Assembly (NCBI GenBank): GCA_003223395.1
Contig: QHUZ01000052.1
Coordinates: 24,953 to 88,952, forward strand
Direction: 5' to 3'
From: Gemmatimonadota bacterium
GTDB taxonomy: Bacteria > Gemmatimonadota > Gemmatimonadetes > Gemmatimonadales > GWC2-71-9
DNA: 64,000 bases
Numbering within the stretch: the stretch's first letter is position 1; the number at the start of each line of letters is the position of its first letter. Position numbers and translations under genes: made by a program. Shown one piece after another: positions 1-8,140 of this stretch. The notes under the pieces are model-generated. The model was not told the origin of the DNA. It searched no databases and saw only the letters and a program-made list of their open reading frames with translations.

Positions 1-50
1 GGCGTCAGCGCGCGGTATTCCGGAATCGCGGGGAATGGGGGTCCGCGCAT
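1..50 (-). CDS. 5' end of a gene running off the window (MRGPPFPAIPEYRALT...), product undetermined
   Basis: ATG at 50-48, 1 bp after the selD stop; only 16 codons visible. Confidence 0.4.
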   Translation of the reverse strand, partial: MRGPPFPAIPEYRALT

Positions 51-51
51 T

Positions 52-1107
52 TCAGGTCACCGTCATCGCGCCTGCCACACCGCGCGTGAGACGGCCGATT
101 CGCGCGGCCGCGGGAGTCCCCTCGCGCTCCAAGGCGGCGACCAGCGCGCCCGCGCGGTCGGGATCCACGGCGATCAATAGACCACCGGACGTCTGCGCGT
201 CGAACAGCAGAACGCGAATCGCCTCGGGGACCTCGGCGCCGAACTTCACGTCAGGTGCGACCGTGTCACGATTGCGTTTCGAACCGCCCGGAATCGCCCC
301 CCGCTCGGCGAGCGCGACGGCAGTGGGGAACAGCGGGATGACTGCCGCATCGAGCTCGGCTGCCAGACCGCTCGCGGCGAGCATGTTGTGTAAGTGACCC
401 AGCAGGCCGAAGCCCGTCACGTCGGTCGCGGCGTGCACGCCGCCTCCGGTCGCGCGCATCGCGCGGGCGGCGCCGGCGTTCAAGGTCGCCATTGACGTGA
501 CGGCAGCGCTGATGTCGGCCGCCGTTGCGAGATCCCGTTTCAAGGCCGTCGTGAGCACGCCCGTTCCGATCGGCTTGGTCAGCACGAGGGCATCGCCGGC
601 GCGGGCGCGCGCGAGCGTGACGACCCGGTGGGGATGCACTTCACCGATCGCGACCATGCCGTACTTGGGTTCGGGATCGTCCACCGAATGGCCGCCGAGT
701 ACGAAGGCGCCCGCTTCCTTCGCGATGTCGGCGCCGCCGCGCAGCACGTCGCCCAGCAGCTCGTAGGGCAATTTGTCCCGCGGCCAGCCGACGAGATTCA
801 GCGCGAGCAGCGGTGTCCCGCCCATCGCATAGACGTCCGAGAACGCATTGGCGGCCGCGATTCGTCCGAAGTCGTACGCATCGTCCACAATGGGCGTGAA
901 GAAATCGACCGTCGCCACGATCGCGCGATCCGGTGTCAGCTGATACACGGCGGCGTCGTCCCGCGTCGAAGCATCGACGAGGATGCGTGGATCGGTGATT
1001 GTCGGCACGTGGCGCAAGACCTGCGCCAACTCGGCGGGGCCGAGCTTGCAGGCTCAGCCGGCGCCGTGCGAGTAGCTGGTGAGGCGCACGATGGATTGCG
1101 TGGACAT
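52..1107 (-). CDS. selD: selenide, water dikinase (selenophosphate synthetase), selenocysteine-containing
   Basis: DDAAVY, TVDFFTP, DAQTSGGLL motifs. Reading upstream of the track ORF gives MSTQSIVRLTSYSHGAG-UGA-ACKLGPAEL, the SelD U/C-x-x-K active site, with UGA at codon 18. Confidence 0.95.
1010..1028 (-). promoter_or_regulatory. bacterial SECIS element
   Basis: mRNA UGGCGCA-GGUCU-UGCGCCA hairpin starting 25 nt after the UGA; apical GGUCU resembles the E. coli fdhF SECIS. Confidence 0.75.
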
Positions 1108-1128
1108 CGTGCGCGGAAGATGAGGGGT

Positions 1129-3132
1129 CTACCGGAGCGCCGCTACCTCCGCGGGGACCCGATCCAGCTCCCGATACTCGAAGCGCACGACTCCATCAGC
1201 GTCGAGGACAAAATAGGAGGGTGTGCCCCACTGGCTGAACGCGCGGCTCGCCTCCCGCCACGCGTCGGCGTAGACGGGGAATGTGAGTTTCTGGTCCGCG
1301 AGGAACCGCTGCAAGTCGTCCGAGACGCGCTCGTCCGTGATCGTCACGATGGCCACACCCTGTTTCCGCAGCCGACCGGTCAGACGCTCCAACGCGGGCA
1401 GCTCCTCCAACGACGGGCCGCAATGGCGGGACCAGAAGGCGACGAATGTCACGCGACCGCGCGTGAGCGTGTCGAGGCGCACCGCGCTGCCACCGGCTCG
1501 TTCCAGCCGCGCTTCCGGAGGGAGGCCTCGACGGACCGCCATGTCCAGCAGGCGGCGGCGCATCTCGCTGCGGCCCTCCTGAACGAGCCGCGCCCACTCG
1601 GCTGAGTCGACCGGGACTCCGGTGAGCTCCTCCGTCGCCGGATCGGCGGCCACAAGCCCCAGCAATCGAAGGGCGCCCGCCGTGTCGCCGACTGAGAGTT
1701 GGATCTGCGCGACGCGGCGGAACAGTGTGACATCCCAACCCTCCCCCACGGCCAGCCGGAGTGTGTCGAGACCCGCCGCCGTTCGGCCGCTCGCCACCAG
1801 CGCGTCGCCCAACGCGACCAGAATCTGGCGCGCGCTCGCGGCGTTGACGGCACGCTGCTCCTCCACGGTGCGCTCGAGCGCTCGCCGCGAGTCGTTCAGC
1901 ATCTGAAGACCCTCGAGGTGGCGGCGCAACCGCCGCATGCCCTCCTCGCGGAGGGCGGGATAGCGCGTGAACACCGTCGCAATCCACGAAGAATCGCGCG
2001 GGTTCATCACGAGGTAGTGATCCGCCCAGCGCACGAGGCCCGCGGAATCTCCCACGCGCTGCGCCATGCTCCACCCCACGTTGACCAGGTTGCCGTGTGC
2101 CGGACCTGCTTCGTCCCACAGGCGGTCCAGGTCGGCCAGCGCCCGCACTGAGTCCTTGTCTTTCCACGCGCGGGCCCCGATGGCGAGCGCGCGATTTTGG
2201 ACGGCCAATGGCGACGTAGGTGCCTCTCGCTCCAGGCGACTGCGCCAAAACGCCTCGCGGACGCTGTCTCCCACGTCCATGGCGTACCAGAACATGTCTC
2301 CGAGGTCGTCGCCTGTGAGGGACGCGCGACGCGCGAGCCGGTCGTGAAAGGCCTTCAGGCGGGTCCTGTGTCCGTCGAGAGCGCTGTCCAGGTGCGATTG
2401 ACCGAGCACATACTTCTCGTAAAAGAACAGGTTCGACCAGCTGCCGACGCGGTCGGGATACAGGGCTGCCACCTGACGCGCCGTCTCGTAGCCCTCTTCC
2501 CAGTTCCGACCCATCATGTCGTTTTCACGCTGCTTCAGGGCGTCGAACGTCGGCCGGCCCTCGGGGTCGTGGACCAGCAGTTCCCATAAGCGACGTCCGT
2601 TGCTGTCAACGATCCGGCCGTCCGCGTCCTCCACCGCGAAGGCGGCGTACACGACCGAGTCCGGCAAGCGAAGGTTGGTTCGGAACAATCCGCCTCCGGC
2701 GCGCGTCAGCTGAGCGGCGACTGCCTGCCTCGTCGTGCGCTGGTAGGCGTCGTCACGCGTGCTGCGGTAACGCACTCTGAGGATGAGCCGGTCGCGGCCG
2801 GTAAGAGTGCTGGGCGCGCGATATGTGACCTGCACCGTCGCGCCAGCGCGAGGCGTCGCCGGCGTGAATGTGAGCTCACCTTGGATATCGCCCGCTGTCA
2901 GCGTTGCCGCCGGCCAGGCGAACCAAAGTCCTGCGCCTGCTGCAAGAACCAGAACGGCTGCTGCGGCGACTCGCCAGCGGGCTGACGCACGGAGCGGATC
3001 GGCGAGCGGCAGAATGACGTGCTCGTTGGCCGCGAGGCGCTCGTGAATGCGCTCGAGCAGGTCGGGGGACGCCGCTGCACTCGGCAACCGAGCGATCGCC
3101 GTCTTCATCTCGTGGATCCAGGAATCGTTCAC
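1129..3132 (-). CDS. membrane-anchored anti-sigma-like protein with helical-repeat region and C-terminal TlpA/redoxin domain
   Basis: Short N-terminal domain plus TM helix (VAAAAVLVLAAGAGLWFAW); C-terminal FVAFWSRHCGPSLEELP...GTPSYFVLD thioredoxin fold; 4-bp overlap with the upstream ECF sigma gene. Confidence 0.7.
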   Translation of the reverse strand: MNDSWIHEMKTAIARLPSAAASPDLLERIHERLAANEHVILPLADPLRASARWRVAAAAVLVLAAGAGLWFAWPAATLTAGDIQGELTFTPATPRAGATVQVTYRAPSTLTGRDRLILRVRYRSTRDDAYQRTTRQAVAAQLTRAGGGLFRTNLRLPDSVVYAAFAVEDADGRIVDSNGRRLWELLVHDPEGRPTFDALKQRENDMMGRNWEEGYETARQVAALYPDRVGSWSNLFFYEKYVLGQSHLDSALDGHRTRLKAFHDRLARRASLTGDDLGDMFWYAMDVGDSVREAFWRSRLEREAPTSPLAVQNRALAIGARAWKDKDSVRALADLDRLWDEAGPAHGNLVNVGWSMAQRVGDSAGLVRWADHYLVMNPRDSSWIATVFTRYPALREEGMRRLRRHLEGLQMLNDSRRALERTVEEQRAVNAASARQILVALGDALVASGRTAAGLDTLRLAVGEGWDVTLFRRVAQIQLSVGDTAGALRLLGLVAADPATEELTGVPVDSAEWARLVQEGRSEMRRRLLDMAVRRGLPPEARLERAGGSAVRLDTLTRGRVTFVAFWSRHCGPSLEELPALERLTGRLRKQGVAIVTITDERVSDDLQRFLADQKLTFPVYADAWREASRAFSQWGTPSYFVLDADGVVRFEYRELDRVPAEVAALR

Positions 3133-3686
3133 GCTCCACCTCCCAACGCACGCCGCAGCGCGCGCACCGCGCGGTGCAACCGCACCTCACTCGTTCCCGT
3201 GCGGATGCCGAGCAACCTCCCGATCTCCGCGTGGGAGAATCCCTCGACCTCCTTCAGCACGAACACCATTCGCAGGTCGTCCGGAAGTGCGGCGATGGCG
3301 CCTTCGAGATCCCAGCGAACTTCAGGCGTTTCTGACACGGCGGTTTGCTCACCGGCGAGATCGAGAGCGACCTCATGCCGGCGGGTGCGTCGCCGAACCC
3401 GGTCGAGAGCCAGCCGCACCGTCACGGTGCGCAACCACGCACCGAAGCTGCCTCGCTCGGCGTAACGCCGAACCGCCATTGGCAAACCCACGAACAAATC
3501 CTGCACGACATCCTCCGCGTCGACGGCAGATCCCGTTATGCGACGCGCGAGATTCAAGAGCGCACTTGCGTGCCGGTGGAAGAGGGCATCCAGCGCGTCC
3601 AGATCACCGGTAGACAAGCGCTGAACGAGCGCCGCATCGTCGGAGCGTTCACTCGCGAATGGAATCGACGGCTCTGATACTGGCAC
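3129..3686 (-). CDS. ECF RNA polymerase sigma-70 factor
   Basis: DAEDVVQDLF (region 2); EGFSHAEIG...GTSEVRLHRA (region 4). Confidence 0.9.
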   Translation of the reverse strand: MPVSEPSIPFASERSDDAALVQRLSTGDLDALDALFHRHASALLNLARRITGSAVDAEDVVQDLFVGLPMAVRRYAERGSFGAWLRTVTVRLALDRVRRRTRRHEVALDLAGEQTAVSETPEVRWDLEGAIAALPDDLRMVFVLKEVEGFSHAEIGRLLGIRTGTSEVRLHRAVRALRRALGGGA

Positions 3687-3705
3687 AGCGGTCTCTTAGA
3701 AGAGA

Positions 3706-3731
3706 AACGTACGGCGGGGAGGAAACCTTAC
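3706..3731 (-). promoter_or_regulatory. possible ECF-type autoregulatory promoter
   Basis: GTAAG-N17-CGTT on the minus strand just upstream of the sigma gene. Confidence 0.3.
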
Positions 3732-3744
3732 AGGTCGAAGATAC

Positions 3745-4119
3745 CTACGAGAGGCGCCAGGCGAGCAGGGACCCGGCCACAAGATATCGGACAATGTCGA
3801 AACACGTGCCAGCGATCACGACCCGGGGGGGCACGGGATCCTGACCCCACCTCGGGCCGCTCGCGAGCCCACCAAGCAAAAGGAAGAGCAGCCACCACTC
3901 ACTGCTGCCCAATGAGTCGAACCACAACGAGGCGAGCAGCGTCAAAAGACCCGCTTCGATGACACGCCATCTCAAGACGCGCAGACGAGTGGCGGTATAA
4001 ACCGGTCCGGTAGGAGGCAGTTGCGTCAGCTTGGCGATGAGATAGCCGCTTGCAAACGTCGTCATGACAAAGCAGATGACGATCAGGAGCCACGCGACGA
4101 CTAGCCGGCCGAGCGTCAC
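3745..4119 (-). CDS. hypothetical small integral membrane protein
   Basis: 124 aa with about 4 hydrophobic segments; starts 1 bp after the upstream stop. Confidence 0.6.
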   Translation of the reverse strand: MTLGRLVVAWLLIVICFVMTTFASGYLIAKLTQLPPTGPVYTATRLRVLRWRVIEAGLLTLLASLWFDSLGSSEWWLLFLLLGGLASGPRWGQDPVPPRVVIAGTCFDIVRYLVAGSLLAWRLS

Positions 4120-4120
4120 C

Positions 4121-5827
4121 CTAGCGCGACCCGCGGTATCCTGGACCCCGGAGTCCCCGACCCGGACGCGCGTCCGTCATCTGCCCATGCTTCAAAACCA
4201 TGCGCCCATTCACGAACACGTACTCGATGCCGACCGAAGTCTGGTGCGGCTGCTCGAACGTCGCGCGGTCGATCACGGTGACCGGATTGAACACGGTGAT
4301 GTCGGCGTACATCCCGGGTCGCAACAGGCCGCGATCGGCGAGACCGACGCGCTGCGCCGCGAGCGACGTCATCTTCCGCACTGCGAACTCCAGCGGGAAC
4401 AGCTTCAGATCGCGTGAGTAGCGGCCGAGGATGCGCGGAAAACTGCCGTAGGCGCGCGGGTGCGCGGACTGCGTGCCGAGCGGTCCGTCGGGCGCCACGC
4501 CGCCGAAATCGGTATTCACCGCCATCCACCACTGTTTCATCCCGGCCTGCACGTCGGGCTCATTCATGATTGCATAGACTGCGTCGGTGCGATGACCGCC
4601 TTCGGCGAGGACGATGTCGAAGACCGTCTCGACCGTATCCCGATGGTGCATCGCGGCAATCTGGGCGACCGTCTTGCCCTGCATGTAGCGCAACGAATCC
4701 TGAAACGTGCCGGTGATCAGAACGCCGGTGCCGCCGCCCGCCGCGACGAAGAAGCTTTCCGTCTGTGGGTTGACGATTTCTCGGTGCAGCCGGGTGCGGG
4801 TCGCTGGATCGCGCAGCCGGATGAGCAGCGAGTCCCAGCCTCCACTCTCGGCCCACGTAGGAATCGACGCATCGAGTGAGGTCGCGGCGCGGATATACGG
4901 ATACTGGTCAGCAGTCACGTCGAGCCCGGCCGCACGCGCGGAATCGATTTTCGCGAGCACGCGGGGCATCTGTCCCCAGCTTCGACGTCCCGAGAGCTTG
5001 AGATGCGACACCTCGGCCGGAATCTGCGCTTCCTTGGCGATCCGGAAGACTTCGTTCAGCGCCTCGTCGATATGCTGGCCTTCATCCCGCATGTGGGACG
5101 CATAGATGCCGCCGTGCCGGCTGGCGGCGCGCGCGAGCGCGATCAGCTCGTCGGTCTTGGAATAGCTCGCGGGCGCGTATTCGAGCGCCGTCCACACGCC
5201 CAGCGCGCCTTGCTCCATCAGCGTGTCGACGATCGCCGTCATGTGCGCGAGCTCCGCCGGAGTCGGGTCGCGATTCTCATTGCCGACCACAGCGAGGCGC
5301 ACCTGCGTCGCGCCGACGAAGGTCGCGATGTTGAGCGCCACGCGTTGCCGCTCGAGCTGTGCGAAGTAGCCGTTCAAGTCACGCCAGTCTTCGCGGTAAT
5401 GCCATTTCTTCATGGCGTCGGAATCGTCCTGCACCAGCCTGTCGGTGAGCGGCGCGACCGAGCCGCCCTCGCCCGTCACTTCCGTCGTGATGCCCTGCGT
5501 CACCTTCGAGAAGACGCGGTTGTCGATCAGCGCGTTGATCTCGGACTGGCCCATCATGTCGATGAAGCCGGGGGCGACGACGAGCCCGCTCACGTCCACT
5601 GTGTCCTTCGCCGTCGCGGTGCCGAGAAAACCGACTGCAGCGACGCGGTCTCCGCGGATCGCGACGTCGCCGCGGTAGCGCGGGTTGCCGCTGCCGTCGA
5701 TGATCCAGCCGCCCTTCAGGACCACGTCGTAAGGCCCGTCGGCGCTATGCGCCGGCGTTCCCCTCCCGCAGCCGGTGAGCAATAAGAGGAGGAGCAGACG
5801 GCCGATGGCCGATGGCGTTGTTGTCAT
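4121..5827 (-). CDS. D-aminoacylase / N-acyl-D-amino-acid deacylase family amidohydrolase, putative lipoprotein
   Basis: VAPGFID, QGITTEVTGEGGS, HMRDEG, HPRAYGSFPR motifs; ATGA overlap at 5824-5827; LLTGC lipobox. Confidence 0.85.
   Translation of the reverse strand: MTTTPSAIGRLLLLLLLTGCGRGTPAHSADGPYDVVLKGGWIIDGSGNPRYRGDVAIRGDRVAAVGFLGTATAKDTVDVSGLVVAPGFIDMMGQSEINALIDNRVFSKVTQGITTEVTGEGGSVAPLTDRLVQDDSDAMKKWHYREDWRDLNGYFAQLERQRVALNIATFVGATQVRLAVVGNENRDPTPAELAHMTAIVDTLMEQGALGVWTALEYAPASYSKTDELIALARAASRHGGIYASHMRDEGQHIDEALNEVFRIAKEAQIPAEVSHLKLSGRRSWGQMPRVLAKIDSARAAGLDVTADQYPYIRAATSLDASIPTWAESGGWDSLLIRLRDPATRTRLHREIVNPQTESFFVAAGGGTGVLITGTFQDSLRYMQGKTVAQIAAMHHRDTVETVFDIVLAEGGHRTDAVYAIMNEPDVQAGMKQWWMAVNTDFGGVAPDGPLGTQSAHPRAYGSFPRILGRYSRDLKLFPLEFAVRKMTSLAAQRVGLADRGLLRPGMYADITVFNPVTVIDRATFEQPHQTSVGIEYVFVNGRMVLKHGQMTDARPGRGLRGPGYRGSR
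5797..5817 (-). repeat. 3 x 7-bp tandem array in signal-peptide n-region
   Basis: gacggcc gatggcc gatggcg. Confidence 0.45.
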
Positions 5828-7206
5828 TTCCATGTCGCTCTCAGGGAGTCCGGCCGGATCATCCGGCCGCGGATCATGACCAGCGCGATGTTGCGCGTGG
5901 CCGCGATGTTGCTGATGGGGTTGCCGTTGAGCACCACGAGGTCGGCGACTTTGCCGGGCGCGAGCATGCCGAGTGAATCCGCATGCAACAGCTGCGCGCC
6001 GCGGCGCGTGGCGGCGGTGATCGCTTCGAGCGGCGTGAGCCCGGCGCCGACCAGCAGCGCCATCTCTTCGTGCAGCGAATACCCGGGAATCAGCAGTTGA
6101 TTGGCGGCGTCCGAGCCCGCCGCAATCGCGCCGCCGGCCCGCTTGTACTCGCGGACGAATTGATCCTGCCGCCGGCGCGAGCGCCGGAACGCGTCGAAAT
6201 CCGCCGAGCGCCATCCGGTGCGGCGCAGCAGGCTGGGCACGTTGCGGACACTCTGGGCGCTCTCGGGCACGTCCTCCATCCCGGGGCGCGTGAGCAGAAT
6301 CGGGTTATCGAGCCGGGCAAGCATGTCGTGCACCACCAGCGTGGGGACGATCGCGACCTTCGTCTGCGCGAGCGCGCGCGCGGTGCGGGCGATGGTGCTC
6401 GAATCGAGGCTCGCCCAGCCCTTTTCTTCAACCGTCCAACCGGTCAGGAAGCTGGTGTGCGCGTTTGCGTAGGTCTGGTCGCCCGTGGCGGCCTGGACGA
6501 CGCCGGCCATGTGCTCGATCGAGATGACGCCCATGCGCGCCGCTGTCAACGCGTCGGTTTTCCCCAGGTGCGCCGCTACCGGTAGATGGAGTTTCTCCGC
6601 CTCGTCGAGCAGCGGCCGCAGCAGGCTTGGCGTGATCTTCGTGTAGACCTTGAGGTAATCCACGCCGGCGACGGCATGTTGATCGACCGCGCGCCGTGCC
6701 TGGTCCGGCGTCGCGACGCCCGTTGCGTTGGGATAGGTCGTCGGCGTGCCGTCGATCATGGCGCCCGCGCTGAACATGCGCGGGCCCAGGATCGATCCGA
6801 GATTCAGCTCGTTCTTGAGCGTGAGCACGGTGTCGGTGCCGCCGTGCAGATCGCGCACGGTCGTGACGCCCCACGCGACGTAGCGTCCCGTCGCCCACCG
6901 CTCCACATGGGCGTGTGCATCGATCAGACCCGGGATGATGGTCTTGCCGACCAGGTTGATGCGCTCGGCGTTCGTCGGAACCGGGATTTCGTTGACGCGG
7001 GCGATCGTTTCGATGTGCCCGTTGCGAATGATGATCAGGGCGTCCCGCTTCGGCGCGCCACCCGCACCGTCGATCAGCGTCGCGCCCTCGAGCGCGATGA
7101 CGCGATCCCGGGTGACGCCCAACCTTTCGCCGACCTTGCTGCAACTGGCAACCAGCACGAGTCCCAGCAGAACGGCCGTCCGGCCGTGAGGCCGTCCGGC
7201 CGTCAT
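5824..7206 (-). CDS. amidohydrolase family protein, putative lipoprotein
   Basis: IIPGLIDAHAH, SIEH, AGSDA, GKVADLVVL motifs; LVASC lipobox. Confidence 0.85.
   Translation of the reverse strand: MTAGRPHGRTAVLLGLVLVASCSKVGERLGVTRDRVIALEGATLIDGAGGAPKRDALIIIRNGHIETIARVNEIPVPTNAERINLVGKTIIPGLIDAHAHVERWATGRYVAWGVTTVRDLHGGTDTVLTLKNELNLGSILGPRMFSAGAMIDGTPTTYPNATGVATPDQARRAVDQHAVAGVDYLKVYTKITPSLLRPLLDEAEKLHLPVAAHLGKTDALTAARMGVISIEHMAGVVQAATGDQTYANAHTSFLTGWTVEEKGWASLDSSTIARTARALAQTKVAIVPTLVVHDMLARLDNPILLTRPGMEDVPESAQSVRNVPSLLRRTGWRSADFDAFRRSRRRQDQFVREYKRAGGAIAAGSDAANQLLIPGYSLHEEMALLVGAGLTPLEAITAATRRGAQLLHADSLGMLAPGKVADLVVLNGNPISNIAATRNIALVMIRGRMIRPDSLRATWK
7173..7204 (-). repeat. 4 x 8-bp tandem array directly after the start codon
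   Basis: cggccgtc cggccgtg aggccgtc cggccgtc, encoding TAGRPHGRTA. Confidence 0.75.
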
Positions 7207-7652
7207 TTCGAATCCGATGACGTGTGGTCGTGCAAGATCCGCCAGCGATCTCCCTGCCGTTGGAGCACCAAGGTAAACGGTCCGCTGGCGACCACCGAAT
7301 CCCGCTTCGACAACTTGAACCGGGCAGTTGCATATGCGAAATCGGGTGTGAGCACGCGCACGCGCAGCTCATCAAACGAAAGCGAATCCCGCGACTTCCC
7401 CGGTGCGAAGTAGTTCGCCTGGTACCGATCGTACATCTTCTGCCAGCCGTACATGACATGACCGCCTGCCATGTAGCTGGTCAACGAGTCGTTCGCGTAG
7501 TCGCCCATGAAGCCGGTGAGATCGCCACGATTCCAATCGGACGCCGAGCGCTGCAGCATCGCGGCGATTTCTTTCGGTGGATCGCCGAGCGGAATTGCGG
7601 GGGCTCGGCACGCGATCAGTGCCACGAGTACGGCGTACGGCGCACGGCGCAC
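7203..7652 (-). CDS. NTF2-like / DUF4440 family lipoprotein
   Basis: AGGAGG-N6-GTG start; WNRGDLTGFM...WRILHDHTS NTF2 signature. Confidence 0.8.
   Translation of the reverse strand: MRRAPYAVLVALIACRAPAIPLGDPPKEIAAMLQRSASDWNRGDLTGFMGDYANDSLTSYMAGGHVMYGWQKMYDRYQANYFAPGKSRDSLSFDELRVRVLTPDFAYATARFKLSKRDSVVASGPFTLVLQRQGDRWRILHDHTSSDSK
7628..7652 (-). repeat. 3.5 x 7-bp GTRCGCC array beginning at the start codon
   Basis: GTGCGCC GTGCGCC GTACGCC GTAC; same unit as at 23771 and 49649. Confidence 0.8.
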
Positions 7653-7671
7653 GATTTGCCTCCTAACGTGG

Positions 7672-7706
7672 CCCGCGGGAGCGTCTCGTCGAGACGCTCC
7701 CGCGGG
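7672..7706. terminator. GC-rich hairpin (terminator-like or REP-like)
   Basis: 16-bp perfect inverted repeat cccgcgggagcgtctc-gtc-gagacgctcccgcggg downstream of the 80-aa gene; no U tract. Confidence 0.5.
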
Positions 7707-7723
7707 TGACATAGCGAACGGTG

Positions 7724-7966
7724 TTAGCGGCGGCGTTTCTTCTTGCCTGCCTTTTTCTTTTTCGCCGGCTTCTTCCGTGCCTTCGGCCGCGCCTTCTTCT
7801 TGGCGGCTTTCTTTTTCTTCTTGGCCTTCGGCTTGGAAGATGGGCGCGAGTCTTCGTCCGGCATCGACGATGGCATCGGCGCAGGCGTGGGCGCCGACGG
7901 GAACATCGGCTCCATGAAGCCCGGTCCGGGCCAACTACTCTCCGTTACATCCATCTGCTCAAGCAT
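7724..7966 (-). CDS. small disordered protein with Lys/Ala/Arg-rich histone H1-like tail
   Basis: AGGAG Shine-Dalgarno; tail KPKAKKKKKAAKKKARPKARKKPAKKKKAGKKKRRR. Confidence 0.65.
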   Translation of the reverse strand: MLEQMDVTESSWPGPGFMEPMFPSAPTPAPMPSSMPDEDSRPSSKPKAKKKKKAAKKKARPKARKKPAKKKKAGKKKRRR

Positions 7967-8102
7967 CGGATCTTCTCCTATGCTGATAGGTGCGGGGGCG
8001 TCGTGGGTGGCCTATAGCTTACCGCGGGATTCAGACCTCGCAAGTGACACGGACTACCGCGTTTTAGGTCCCCGCTGGTGGGGGCGATTGTGACAAGTTG
8101 GC

Positions 8103-8132
8103 TTGACAACGGCATTTAGCCGGACACACATT
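8103..8132 (+). promoter_or_regulatory. sigma70-type promoter, probably leaderless
   Basis: TTGACA-N18-CACATT, then 8 nt to ATG 8141, no SD. Confidence 0.45.
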
Positions 8133-8140
8133 CGCCACCC

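Noticed and set aside
4121-6214. Long N-terminal extensions in track ORFs (also 7203-7934, 26337-28619, 15968, 25000, 36375)
   Set aside because: They overlap the real upstream genes in another frame; better starts exist at coupled junctions.
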